NCBI GenBank assembly: GCA_963842815.1
Contig: CAWJHU010000003.1
Span: forward strand, 27,683 to 91,682
Reading direction: 5' to 3'
Source of the DNA: Candidatus Nomurabacteria bacterium
GTDB lineage: Bacteria; Patescibacteriota; Minisyncoccia; Phycocordibacterales; UBA9973
Length of the DNA stretch: 64,000 nt
The position numbers and the translations under genes were made by a program. The notes beneath the pieces were generated by a model. That model ran no database searches. It had not been told where the DNA came from and was given only the letters and a program-made list of their open reading frames with translations. Positions within the stretch are counted from its first letter, which is position 1. The number at the start of each line of letters is the position of its first letter. Of the stretch, positions 22,378 to 31,843 are shown one piece after another.

Positions 22378-23673
22378 TTATTTCTTATTCAACCACTCTT
22401 CATCCTGGCGGACCAGAAGTTCTGATTTTTTTTCTTTATCCCGCAAGATAGCTTCCACGGCGCGTTCCATGCGCATCCCTTGGGAACCTTTAATAAGTAC
22501 AAAGTCATTTTTTTGAATGAAAGTTTTTAAAAACTCCCCTGCCTCCCGTGAATCTAAAAATTTAAAAATACTTTTTATATCCATTCCGGTTTCCATGGCT
22601 CCTTCTTTTATTTTTTCCGCCCTGGGACCAACAATAATAAGCACATCGGCATTTTCTTTGGCAATTTTGCCGACATTATTGTGGGCCTCTTCCGTATGTC
22701 GGCCAAGCTCCAGCATATCGCCCAAAACAGCGATTTTTCTACCCGTAGATTTTAATTCTCCCAAAGTTTTCAAGGCAAATTCGCAGGCAAAAGGAGAGGA
22801 ATTATAGGTGTCGTCTATGATGAAAGAATTATTTATTCCTTTCAGAAGACGCATGCGTCCGGGTGGAACATTATAATTTTTGAGCCTGCCTATGGCATCA
22901 ATCATATTGAACTTCAAACCGGAAGAAAGAGCCAGCGCGCCAAGTGAGGCGTAAACATGATTTCTACCGAATACTCCTTCTATAACCACCGGCATACTTT
23001 TTCCAGCTTCATCTATCCTAAAAATCAGACCTTCCGGCACTCCGGTATCATTATATAAAATACTGTCGCCGGAACCTCTTAGATCGGAATCCTCTTTGAA
23101 ACCAAAAGTAACTACCCGATTTTTAGTTTTTTCTTTCATTCCGAGAACCGCCTCATCATCATTATTTAAAACCAAAAGCCCGTCTTTTTTCAAAGTTTTT
23201 ATCAATCCGCTTTTTTCCTCCACCAAATGTTTATGGGAATCAAAAAATTCAATGTGCACCGGAGTTTCTCCTATGGTTGTAATAATAACCACATCCGTTT
23301 TAAGCCAGGATGCAGTGGAACGCATATCCCCCGGTTTCCCGACACCCACTTCCAGCACAAGCCACTTGGGATATTTATGAGACCCCAGCACAAGCCAAAA
23401 TCCTTTCAAAATATTTAAAAGCCATACGTAAGGATTATTCCATCCATTGGGACATCCCAAGATGGTCAGAGGCAATCCTATTTCACTGTTATAACTTTTT
23501 TCACTTTTGCGAACATAGGAAATGCCGGAAATCACGGCATAAACCGCGTCCTTGGTAGAAGTTTTACCAACTGAACCGGTAATGGCAATAACTTTGGGTT
23601 TATATTTCCAAAGCACCAGCTGCGATTCTATCCGTAAAATATATGCTACTATTTTTTTAAAAGTTGTTTTCAT
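22378..23673 (-). CDS. murF: UDP-MurNAc-tripeptide D-Ala-D-Ala ligase
   Basis: ITGSVGKTSTK, DDTYNSSP, LGDMLELG, KGSQ. Confidence 0.95.
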   Translation of the reverse strand: MKTTFKKIVAYILRIESQLVLWKYKPKVIAITGSVGKTSTKDAVYAVISGISYVRKSEKSYNSEIGLPLTILGCPNGWNNPYVWLLNILKGFWLVLGSHKYPKWLVLEVGVGKPGDMRSTASWLKTDVVIITTIGETPVHIEFFDSHKHLVEEKSGLIKTLKKDGLLVLNNDDEAVLGMKEKTKNRVVTFGFKEDSDLRGSGDSILYNDTGVPEGLIFRIDEAGKSMPVVIEGVFGRNHVYASLGALALSSGLKFNMIDAIGRLKNYNVPPGRMRLLKGINNSFIIDDTYNSSPFACEFALKTLGELKSTGRKIAVLGDMLELGRHTEEAHNNVGKIAKENADVLIIVGPRAEKIKEGAMETGMDIKSIFKFLDSREAGEFLKTFIQKNDFVLIKGSQGMRMERAVEAILRDKEKKSELLVRQDEEWLNKK

Positions 23674-23678
23674 TAATT

Positions 23679-25402
23679 TTATCTATCCGGCGGAATTTCA
23701 TAATAATTGATTAAAAAATTTGTAATGCTCAAAAAAGAATCCCCCAGGTCTGAATGGCATAGGGCACGCCCTTGGGGTTGACTGCATAAAGAAAAATAAT
23801 AAATTTCGGGTCATAGGCGGGAAAATATCCCATAAAAGAATGAGTATGCCTGTCTTCATAATAACCTCCATTCACGTTGTCCGCAACTTGCGCTGTGCCG
23901 GTTTTTGCCGCCACGCTATAATGTTCTAAATTTTTACTACCAATTATTCCTCCGAGATTCTTATCCATCGGCATTCACCAACATTCGAGTAATTTCTTCC
24001 GCAGTCACCTTGGATATTTTTGTAGGTTTTGTTTGATAGGTTAAATCTTTTTCCGTGCCATCGTCATATTTTATTCCTTTGACAATATGTGGAGTAACTA
24101 AATTTCCGCCGGTGGACAGGGAGGAAAGCGCCCGAATCAATTCAATGGGAGTTAGAGCAATACCTTGGCCGAAAGCGGCATTGGCATATTCAATTTCTCG
24201 GGGACTATTTAATAATGTTGGAAACCAATCCGCTGGTCTCATTGGGCAAATCAATTCCCGTTTTATCTTTAATGCCATATCCAAGCAAATAATCGCGTAA
24301 TTTTTCTTTACCTAGTTGTTGTTCCACAAAAACCATTCCAGTGTTGAGAGATTGGGTCAGAACATCCTGCATGGTCGTTCCCGGACCTCTGCCTTTTTTA
24401 TCAAAATTGAATATTTGGTGTTTTTCAATGGTAACTTCTCCTTTGTCGTTATAGGTGGTGTCCGCCGTTACCACTCCCGCATCCAGCGCCCCGGCCATAA
24501 CCAGAGGTTTGACCACAGACCCGAATTCAAAAACATTTTCCACCAGAGGATTGGAAAAAGTGGAAGTAGTTTTAACCTGAGAAAAATTATTTAAATCAAA
24601 ATCGGGTTTAGTGCTAAGCGCATAAATGGAACCATCCTGGGGGTTCATAATTATTCCGCCCAGGGAATCAACTTGGTATTTTTCCTTCACATTGTCCAAA
24701 GTTTTTTCCAAAAAACTTTGGACGGATGGCTCAATGGTAGTTACCACATCTCCCTCCAAAGAATTGTCGCTAAACAAAGTTTTATCAACATTGGAAAAAA
24801 CTTCAGCAAAGAAATTTATATAGGGATTGTCCTTGTTTCTGGAAAGCACATCATTGTATTGCCTTTCAAGACCATAGCGCCCGCCTAAATCATTTCCTTT
24901 ATATCCCACAAAACCCAACGACTGGGAAGCAAGATTTCCTCCGGGATAAAATCGCCATTTTTCTTTATAAATGGATAAACCGGGAATTTTAAAAACAGAG
25001 ATGGCGTCTGCTTGTTCTTTGCTTAAACGATGCGCCACTTCCTCATAGGTATCATTTTCTTTTTCCACCTGAGCCATAAAACCATCGTGGTCTAAGGTTA
25101 TTACGCTTGATAATTCTTGATAAACAGATTCCTTGTCCACAATCTTGGTAGGATTAATGGCCACCTTAAATCCGGTGGTTTGCATGGCGGCAGAAACAAG
25201 CTGGTCGTCTTTGCTTGAAAAATAAATGGTACCCCGTTCAAAGATATTGGAGGAAGGCGTAGAATATTGTCTGTCCGCCCGCTCCGAATAATCGCTGCTT
25301 TGCACCACCTGCACCAAAAAAAGTTTGCTTATCAAAATCAAAGCAAAAATTGAGACACAAAAAAATAATTATTCTAGTTCTAAAAATAAAACTATATTTC
25401 AT
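23679..25402 (-). CDS. ftsI: Class B penicillin-binding protein FtsI, with indels
   Basis: SVVK, SLN and KTGTAQ motifs across fragments; dcw context. Confidence 0.9.
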
Positions 25403-25744
25403 TTTTAGCAATGTTTATACTGCCAAGAGCTTTACGGGTGGCAAATGTTGCTTTTGTTTCTTTAAAACCGAGAGAGTGTGCGAGATCAAGTCCACCTTTT
25501 GGGACAGAGAAAGATATTCCAGTTCCAAACTTCCCACATCATTTGATAGGGTAAGAGCCCGTGTTTCAAGGGTCCTGCGTCCTATAATATTGAAGACCAT
25601 ATTCCCCAAAAGAAAGACATAAAGAAGAGCCAGAGTCCCCAGGGTCCAAAGCATAATGTTTAAAATTCGCTTCTGTAAATTGCCGTTATCAACGATATTT
25701 ACATTGCTTGCGTAACTTTTTAGTTTTAAACTTGCTTGTTTCAT
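25392..25744 (-). CDS. FtsL-like cell division protein, probable indel near 25480
   Basis: One TM segment plus coiled coil, between rsmH and ftsI. Confidence 0.65.
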
Positions 25745-26622
25745 ATAATTTTTTCTAAAATTCTCAATTTTGCGCTTCGGGCTCTTGGATTATTTTTTAT
25801 TTCCTCATCTTTGGCTATTATTGGTTTTTTGTTTATCAAAATCGCCTTGCCTTCTTTTTGTTTTTCCTTATAAAATCTTTTGACTATTCTGTCTTCCAGG
25901 CTATGAAAGGAAATCACCGCCAGCCTTCCATTCTTATTTAAAATTTCAAATCCTTTTTTTAATCCTGCTTCCAATGCTCCTAATTCATCATTCACCGCTA
26001 TTCGCAATGCTTGAAAAGTTTTGGTGGCGCAGTGTATTCTCCCTCTTTTGTATGCGCCCGGTACGCTTTCCTCTATCACTTTTACCAAATCTTTCGTCGT
26101 TTCAATTTTTCCCTTTTTTCTCGCTTCCACTATCCCCTTCGCTATTCTTCTGCTAAACCTTTCTCCGCCATAACCGTAAATGATATCCGCCAAACTTTTC
26201 TCGCTCCAAGTGTTTACGATATCCGTGGCCGTCAGGTCTTCTGGCAGAGGATTTTCTTTCATGGTCATAAGCAACGGCTCATCTTTCATAAAAGAAAATC
26301 CTCGTCCGGAATTTTCCAATTGGTCAGAACTCAAACCCAAATCAAAAATGATTGCATCTACTTTTTCTTCACTATCTAAATCCCTGAAATTTTTATTTAC
26401 AAAGAAAATTCTTTTCTCAAAGCCCTTGAATTTACTTTTTGCTTTTTCCCAAACGCTTTTGTCCTGGTCCAGCGCGATTATCTTTATCTTCGGATATCTT
26501 TCTAAAATTTCCCTGCTGTGTCCCCCGCCGCCGAATGTGGCGTCCAGCACGATGGATTTATTTTCTAAATTCAAACTTTCTATTGTTTCATTTAAAAGAA
26601 CTGTCCTGTGTACGCTTTCCAT
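25741..26622 (-). CDS. rsmH: 16S rRNA m4C1402 methyltransferase
   Basis: DATFGGGGHS, FQALRIAVN, SFHSLEDR, NPRARSAKLR. Confidence 0.98.
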   Translation of the reverse strand: MESVHRTVLLNETIESLNLENKSIVLDATFGGGGHSREILERYPKIKIIALDQDKSVWEKAKSKFKGFEKRIFFVNKNFRDLDSEEKVDAIIFDLGLSSDQLENSGRGFSFMKDEPLLMTMKENPLPEDLTATDIVNTWSEKSLADIIYGYGGERFSRRIAKGIVEARKKGKIETTKDLVKVIEESVPGAYKRGRIHCATKTFQALRIAVNDELGALEAGLKKGFEILNKNGRLAVISFHSLEDRIVKRFYKEKQKEGKAILINKKPIIAKDEEIKNNPRARSAKLRILEKII

Positions 26623-26623
26623 C

Positions 26624-27064
26624 TTATTTCTTATTCCCAAGATTTTCTGCTAATTGGTCTGCCTGTTTTTCCACCACTTCTCTGTACTGCAACCATGTCT
26701 TGTCATTCCAAACTTCCACTCTGTCCTCCACTCCGATGATGGCTGCTGAATTCTTTAATCCGATTCTTTCTTTCAAAAAATCAGGAATTAAAATTCTTCC
26801 GATGGCGTCCACTTCCACTTCCGCCGCCCGGCCGAACATAAATCTGTTGAAACTTCTTTTGTCCGCTTTTAGAAAAGAAAGGTCTGTATCCGAATCGGAA
26901 AGTCTTTTGGAAACTTTTTGCCATTCAGCCGTTGTGAAAATGAACAAGCATTGGTCCAATCCGGGTGTGATAATAATTTTCTTTCCGAGTTCCTTGCGAA
27001 ATTTTACCGGCAACGAAATTCTATTTTTTATATCTATTGTGTGTATATATTCGCCGATGAGCAT
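26624..27064 (-). CDS. mraZ: Transcriptional regulator MraZ
   Basis: GEYIHTIDIKNRISLP, DAIGRILIP, DRVEVW. Confidence 0.97.
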   Translation of the reverse strand: MLIGEYIHTIDIKNRISLPVKFRKELGKKIIITPGLDQCLFIFTTAEWQKVSKRLSDSDTDLSFLKADKRSFNRFMFGRAAEVEVDAIGRILIPDFLKERIGLKNSAAIIGVEDRVEVWNDKTWLQYREVVEKQADQLAENLGNKK

Positions 27065-27083
27065 AAAATTTCACTAAAATTAT

Positions 27084-27150
27084 TTATCCACCTGTTTCCC
27101 ACCTTTTCCCACTTGATATACATTGTAAACCACTACTTCCCACAGCGCAA
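27084..27150 (-). promoter_or_regulatory. mraZ promoter with GTGG MraZ-type boxes
   Basis: TTGCGC-17-TACAAT; five GTGG(G) repeats, in groups spaced 10-11 nt apart. Confidence 0.75.
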
Positions 27151-27158
27151 AGTCCAAG

Positions 27159-27196
27159 CTGTGGATAACTCGAAACTGAAAAACATTGACTTTTTT
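27159..27196 (+). repeat. 38-bp direct repeat, copy 1 (DnaA box plus -35 hexamer)
   Basis: CTGTGGATAACTCGAAACTGAAAAACATTGACTTTTTT, identical at 28412-28449. Confidence 0.95.
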
Positions 27197-27218
27197 GATA
27201 AGTGGTATATACTCCTAT

Positions 27219-27400
27219 TTAGGAATTGTTCCTTCTGGATACACAGAAGATCCCACGACTCGTAACAGCGTGGACGTGTCCAATCAAATTTTGTTGGTTG
27301 TTATTGAATCTCCTTGGTTTGCAAGCTAAAGAGAATAGGCAATTCCGAGATCGGGTCCCACCACGCTGACGTTGTAAGATGCGTAGGGTGGGACTTTTTA
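27219..27400 (+). ncRNA. Candidate structured ncRNA A (cassette 5)
   Basis: TTGACT-16-TATACT, serial hairpins, GTCCCACC..GGTGGGAC-T5 terminator, no SD-led ORF. Confidence 0.5.
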
Positions 27401-27438
27401 TTTCATTGACTTTTTAAAAAATAATGTAAATCTATTAG

Positions 27439-27592
27439 TAGATAGCTCTTCTTGGATTTTACTCTTCTGGTGTATACACCGGTTTATGTGTACCGAAAGC
27501 AAATATCGGGCATAAGAGACAAGCATTAAAAAATTCAAGTTGCTTAGCGACTCCAAAGGACTCCATATCACCAATTGGTGGAGCCCTTTTTT
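27439..27592 (+). ncRNA. Candidate structured ncRNA B (cassette 6)
   Basis: TTGACT(27406), weak -10, hairpins, terminator 27556-27592, no convincing ORF. Confidence 0.4.
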
Positions 27593-27640
27593 ATTTTCAA
27601 TTTTTTATTACACGCTTAAGAATGTTTATGAAACCGTGTC

Positions 27641-27937
27641 TTATTTTAACATTCCTAATGCTTTCCAAACTTGGTCTTCTGTGAATCCAAACTTAAGAAA
27701 TCTTTTAAAAGCCTTTTGGTTTACTTGATTTGACATACCTTCATAAACAGTAATTACAAGACCATTTATATTTTCAATTGGAATTGAGGGTACTCTTATA
27801 CTATAGCAATGAGAAGTACCACCACTTGGTGATGTTATGAGCAGATTTAGATTTTCGGCTACTTTAAGCCAATCCTTAGCTTTTATTTTCCCTAAGGTTT
27901 TATATAATTCTTTTCTTTTTATACGCTCCTCAGACAT
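27641..27937 (-). CDS. HicA-like toxin
   Basis: WLKVAENLNL..GGTSH..ITV pattern; ATG overlaps the upstream gene end. Confidence 0.6.
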   Translation of the reverse strand: MSEERIKRKELYKTLGKIKAKDWLKVAENLNLLITSPSGGTSHCYSIRVPSIPIENINGLVITVYEGMSNQVNQKAFKRFLKFGFTEDQVWKALGMLK

Positions 27938-28271
27938 ACAATGCCTTAAAGGAAGGCATAGATTCATTTCTAATTATATCTTTTGAAGGTATTTTTGAAG
28001 AAATATTGAATGCACAATGAACTACATCTCTTATTCTTTCTTCTATTAATTCAATAGATGGGATTTTTTCAGAACCACCAATAATTATTGCAGGAAATTC
28101 GTTACATTCTGCAAACCAGCCATCTTCTTCCTTGTCATGAACTAGAAAATGTAATGTCCCCCCTACACTCGCAACAATCTTGTCAAAATTTTCCACCGCA
28201 TCTAAAGAGTCAGGGATTCTACCGCCCATTAATGAAGCCCTTTTAAAATTTTCTTCTGGTATATTTTTCAT
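27930..28271 (-). CDS. HicB-like antitoxin
   Basis: EEDGWFAECNEFPAIIIGG..IEERIRDVV, a HicB N-domain pattern. Confidence 0.6.
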   Translation of the reverse strand: MKNIPEENFKRASLMGGRIPDSLDAVENFDKIVASVGGTLHFLVHDKEEDGWFAECNEFPAIIIGGSEKIPSIELIEERIRDVVHCAFNISSKIPSKDIIRNESMPSFKALYV

Positions 28272-28411
28272 ATATTTATTATATCACACATATATCGCCG
28301 ATAGACGATTATTGTGTAAAATTACGTTAATATTTACGTATTTACTATACTACTTATTATACACTAAAAGTCAATGAATATCAGTTTTTCCGTTATGTTA
28401 TGAAGGGTCAT

Positions 28412-28449
28412 CTGTGGATAACTCGAAACTGAAAAACATTGACTTTTTT
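28412..28449 (+). repeat. 38-bp direct repeat, copy 2
   Basis: Identical to 27159-27196. Confidence 0.95.
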
Positions 28450-28513
28450 ATGAATTTTATGTTAAATTAAAAGAGAAGAGAAAAGATTCATTCACAAAAA
28501 AAGGAAAAATATC

Positions 28514-28831
28514 ATGAAAGATTTTATCGTCATTCAATTTTTGGAGGATAGGACTCCTAAACTTCATGAAATTGTAGAGATATATATCAGCAAAAACATA
28601 GGTAGTAACCCTGCACCAGAATTGTATGAATGTGGGAATGAAAGAATTGGAAGAATTTCATGTAAATCATCAAAATTCATATTTTCTGGAACTTCTGATG
28701 GTAGACATGAATATTTTGAATTACTTTGTGTGGAGTGCGGACAAATAGTTTCGTTTCCAACCTCAGGGAAAACAGAAGCAGGTGATTTTTACTGGAAACC
28801 CATTTCATCTTTTAAAAAGAAGAAACAATAG
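28514..28831 (+). CDS. Orphan 105-aa Cys-containing protein (cassette 7)
   Basis: TTGACT(28439) and TGn-TAAATT, AAGGA SD, CxxC, terminator 28872-28901. Confidence 0.65.
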   Translation: MKDFIVIQFLEDRTPKLHEIVEIYISKNIGSNPAPELYECGNERIGRISCKSSKFIFSGTSDGRHEYFELLCVECGQIVSFPTSGKTEAGDFYWKPISSFKKKKQ

Positions 28832-28942
28832 TAACTTCATTCCTGAAATAAAACATGCGCCGAAGAAATGCAAAAAGCTCTCAATTCACGAGGGCTTTTT
28901 TATTTAAGTTGACTTTTATAAAAAGGAGGATTAATCTTAGAA

Positions 28943-29153
28943 GTAGGAGTTGTTCTTTTAGCTTTGTTTCTCTACCTGCAACTTTATGTGCCCGTAGTAG
29001 CACATATAAATCTTCAAAGAGGTAGAATTTAAAGAGCTCTTCATCTCGTCATTATTTGGTTTAGGCGAGAAGTTTTAAGTGATATGTTTTATGTTTGCTG
29101 TTATTTGGCCCCCTTCCCCCTCTACAATACACTGTAGAGGGGTTTTATTTTTT
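28943..29153 (+). ncRNA. Candidate structured ncRNA C (cassette 8)
   Basis: TTGACT-17-TAATCT, nested stems, CCCCTCTACA..TGTAGAGGGG-T terminator, only very short ORFs. Confidence 0.5.
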
Positions 29154-29162
29154 GAGAAATTT

Positions 29163-30625
29163 TTATTCTAAACTTTTAGGCCGCATGAGCGGGAAAAATT
29201 GAGTTTCGCGGATAGGCTTGTCCGCAAGGAAAGCAAAAAGCATTTCGCCAAAACCAAAACCGCAAGTTGGTGGCATCCCGTATTCAAGCATTTCCACAAA
29301 TTCCATGTCCGGCATCATTGCTTCTTTGTCCCCTTTATTTAAAAGTTCTTTTTGTACTTCAAATCTTTCCGCTTGATCAAGTGGATTATTCAATTCACTA
29401 TATCCGTTCCCTACTTCTGTCCCCGCAATAATTATTTGAAATCTTTCCGTAAGTTCCGAATTTTTGGGCATTGATTTTGAAAGTGGAGATACGAGTTTCG
29501 GATGCCCGATTAAAAACACGGGCCCCCAATTTGTTTTCGACAATGTTTCCAAAGAGTATCCACTAAACGTTCCATAGTGTCACCAACATAAACAATTTTT
29601 AAATTTTCCAGTTTCTCCTTTACTTCCTCAAAAGTAGTGTCTAACACATCTATACCCGTTTCTTTTTTTATGGTTTCTCGATAGTCAATTCTTTTCCATT
29701 TTTCTCCCAAATCAAATTTGTGTCCGCGAGTTTCAAAATTTGTTTTTCCAAAAACATCTAAGGCAATTTTTCTATAAAGCTCTTCTACTAGTTTCATTCC
29801 ATCTTCGTAATTTGCATAAGCCCAATAAAATTCCAGATTGGTAAATTCCTGCAAATGATTCGCGTCCGAACCCTCGTTTCTGTAGGCTCTGCCGATTTCA
29901 AAAGTTTTTGGAAATCCGGCAGCCATCAAGCGCTTCTGCCAAAGTTCCCCCACTGAAATGCGCAGATATAAAGGCAGTTTAAAATCTTCATTGTATGTTT
30001 TAAAGGGAGTGGCTTCAGCCCCACCGGTGGTTATTTCCAAACTCGGCGTCTCCACTTCCAAAAATCCATGCTCTTTCATAAACGCACGGGTTGTGTCCCA
30101 GAATTTTGTTTTCTTCAGGAGAAGTTCTTTTGCTTCGGGGTCCATCAAAATATCCAAATATCTTTTTCGGAATCTCTCTTCGGTATCCTGTAAACCATGC
30201 CATTTTTCCGGCAATGGAAGCAGGCTTTTTGATAAAATATTCCAGTCTTTTACTTCTACGGTTTTCTCCCCTCTCTTGGTAGCAAAAAAACTTCCTGAAA
30301 CTTCCACAAAGTCTCCGATGTCCACCACTTCATTAAAAAAATCAAATTTCTGGTCTCCCAAAATATCTTTTTTAAGCAGAGCTTGAAAATGCGCCGTTCC
30401 GTCATTTAAAGTAATGAAAACGATGGCCCCTTGGCCGCGGATGGACATTATTCTGCCGGCAATCCATTTCGTCTCTTTGTTTTTTTCTATTTTTTCAAAA
30501 CTATCAATGGCTTCCTGAAGGGAAATTTCTCTTTTGGATTCTGCCGGATACGGATTTAGTCCCTTGTCCTGCAAGAGTTTGAGTTTTTTTATTCTGGTGT
30601 CCCTAATTTCATCAATGGAAGACAT
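29163..30625 (-). CDS. lysS: Lysyl-tRNA synthetase class II, indel near 29520
   Basis: RFRKRYLD, YRNEG, ERFQ, YGMPPTCGFGFG. Confidence 0.95.
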
Positions 30626-30651
30626 TTTATTTTATCCCGCCGTGGCGGTGA

Positions 30652-31120
30652 TTAAGACACGTCTATAATTTTATAATTTACTTCCCCATTCGGAGTCTTA
30701 AATGAAACATTTTCTCCTTTCTTTTTTCCGAAAAGCGCCTGTCCAAACGGAGAGCGATTGGAAATTTTTCTCTAAAGCCATGTCTGCTTCCTCGGAACCC
30801 ACTATCTGATATTTTCTTTCTTTGGTTTCCCCTTCCTTTATTACTATGACCTTTGAGCCGATTTCTATTTCTTCTCCCCCTCCTCCGGATGCCACCTGAG
30901 AGGAACGCAGAATTTGTTCTATTTTTGCAATGCGTTCTTCCAGCTTGCCCTGTTCTTCGCGGGTCTGATGATATTCCGCATTTTCAGACAAATCGCCCAA
31001 GGATTTTGCGTATTCCAAATTCTCCAGAATTTCTTTTCTTTTTGGGCCTTTTAACTCTTTCAATTCGGCTTCCAGGGCTTTTCTTTTTTCTTCGGTTATA
31101 TAATCTCCCGCTTGTTTCAT
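30652..31120 (-). CDS. greA: Transcription elongation factor GreA, indel near the 3' end
   Basis: GDLSENAEY, YQIVGSEEAD. Confidence 0.95.
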
Positions 31121-31201
31121 AATTTAAATCTTAGTCTTTTTTTGCGAAAAAGTCAAAATTGCAAAAACTTGCTAAACACTATTTATGATAGTCTATTTCA
31201 T

Positions 31202-31428
31202 ATGGCAAAAACAGTAATTGAAGTAAGTAAAAACGGAAATGAAAATAACGCGAGTGTCTTGCGCCGTTTTTCCCGCAGGATTCAAGAATCAAACATCATT
31301 CAAAAAGTAAGGTTCCCGCTATAACAAAAGAAAAGAATCAAAACTCAAAATTAAAAAGAGTACTTTAAAAGAATTTGGAACGAAGACGAGAAATAGAAAA
31401 ACTCCGCAAACTGGGCAAAATAAAATAA
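31202..31428 (+). CDS. rpsU: bS21-like ribosomal protein, with indels
   Basis: IEVSKNGNENNASVLRRFSRRIQES; basic C-terminus IEKLRKLGKIK. Confidence 0.7.
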
Positions 31429-31429
31429 A

Positions 31430-31843
31430 ATGAGAAAATTTTTGTTAAAGAAAATAAAATCGAGGACATATCTTGGGTAAGAAATATTCTTTGTCCATTG
31501 CCTACCTGAGCGAAAAAAAAATCAGGGAAATAAATAAAAAATATAGGAACATAGATAAATCCACCAATGTTTTTCTTTCGCTCTGCATAAAAATGCCGGA
31601 GAAATTCATTCTGTGTAAAAGCGTAATCAAGAAACAGCGAAAAAATTCGGCAGAACATTTCCGCAATTATTGGGCTTTTTGGTTATCCACGGAATGCTTC
31701 ATTTGAAAGGAATGGAACATGGGAGTATAATGGAGAAAGCGGAAGACAAATATGATCAGAAATATTTCCATAGGAATAGACATGGGGTCTACCACCACCA
31801 GAATCGTAGTGGGAGAATTTCTAAAAGGAGAAAAAAATCCTAA
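31430..31843 (+). CDS. ybeY: rRNA maturation RNase YbeY, with indels
   Basis: INKKYRNIDKSTNV and IHGMLHLKGMEH in different frames. Confidence 0.8.

Noticed and set aside
27141-27400. RNase P RNA or tmRNA upstream of mraZ
   Set aside because: AAAGTCC at about 27149 lacks the GAGG context and its distal partner, and there are no tRNA-like tmRNA ends.
27084-28421. Replication origin
   Set aside because: Only two perfect DnaA boxes (both in the duplicated 38-mer) and one near-box, with no dnaA or dnaN nearby and no dense box cluster.
27159-29153. CRISPR array or classical integron
   Set aside because: No regularly spaced identical repeats, no cas or intI gene, and no recognisable attC sites.
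31752-31843. 92-nt overlap of the ybeY 3' end with ftsA
   Set aside because: The region is indel-rich, so the true ybeY stop is uncertain.
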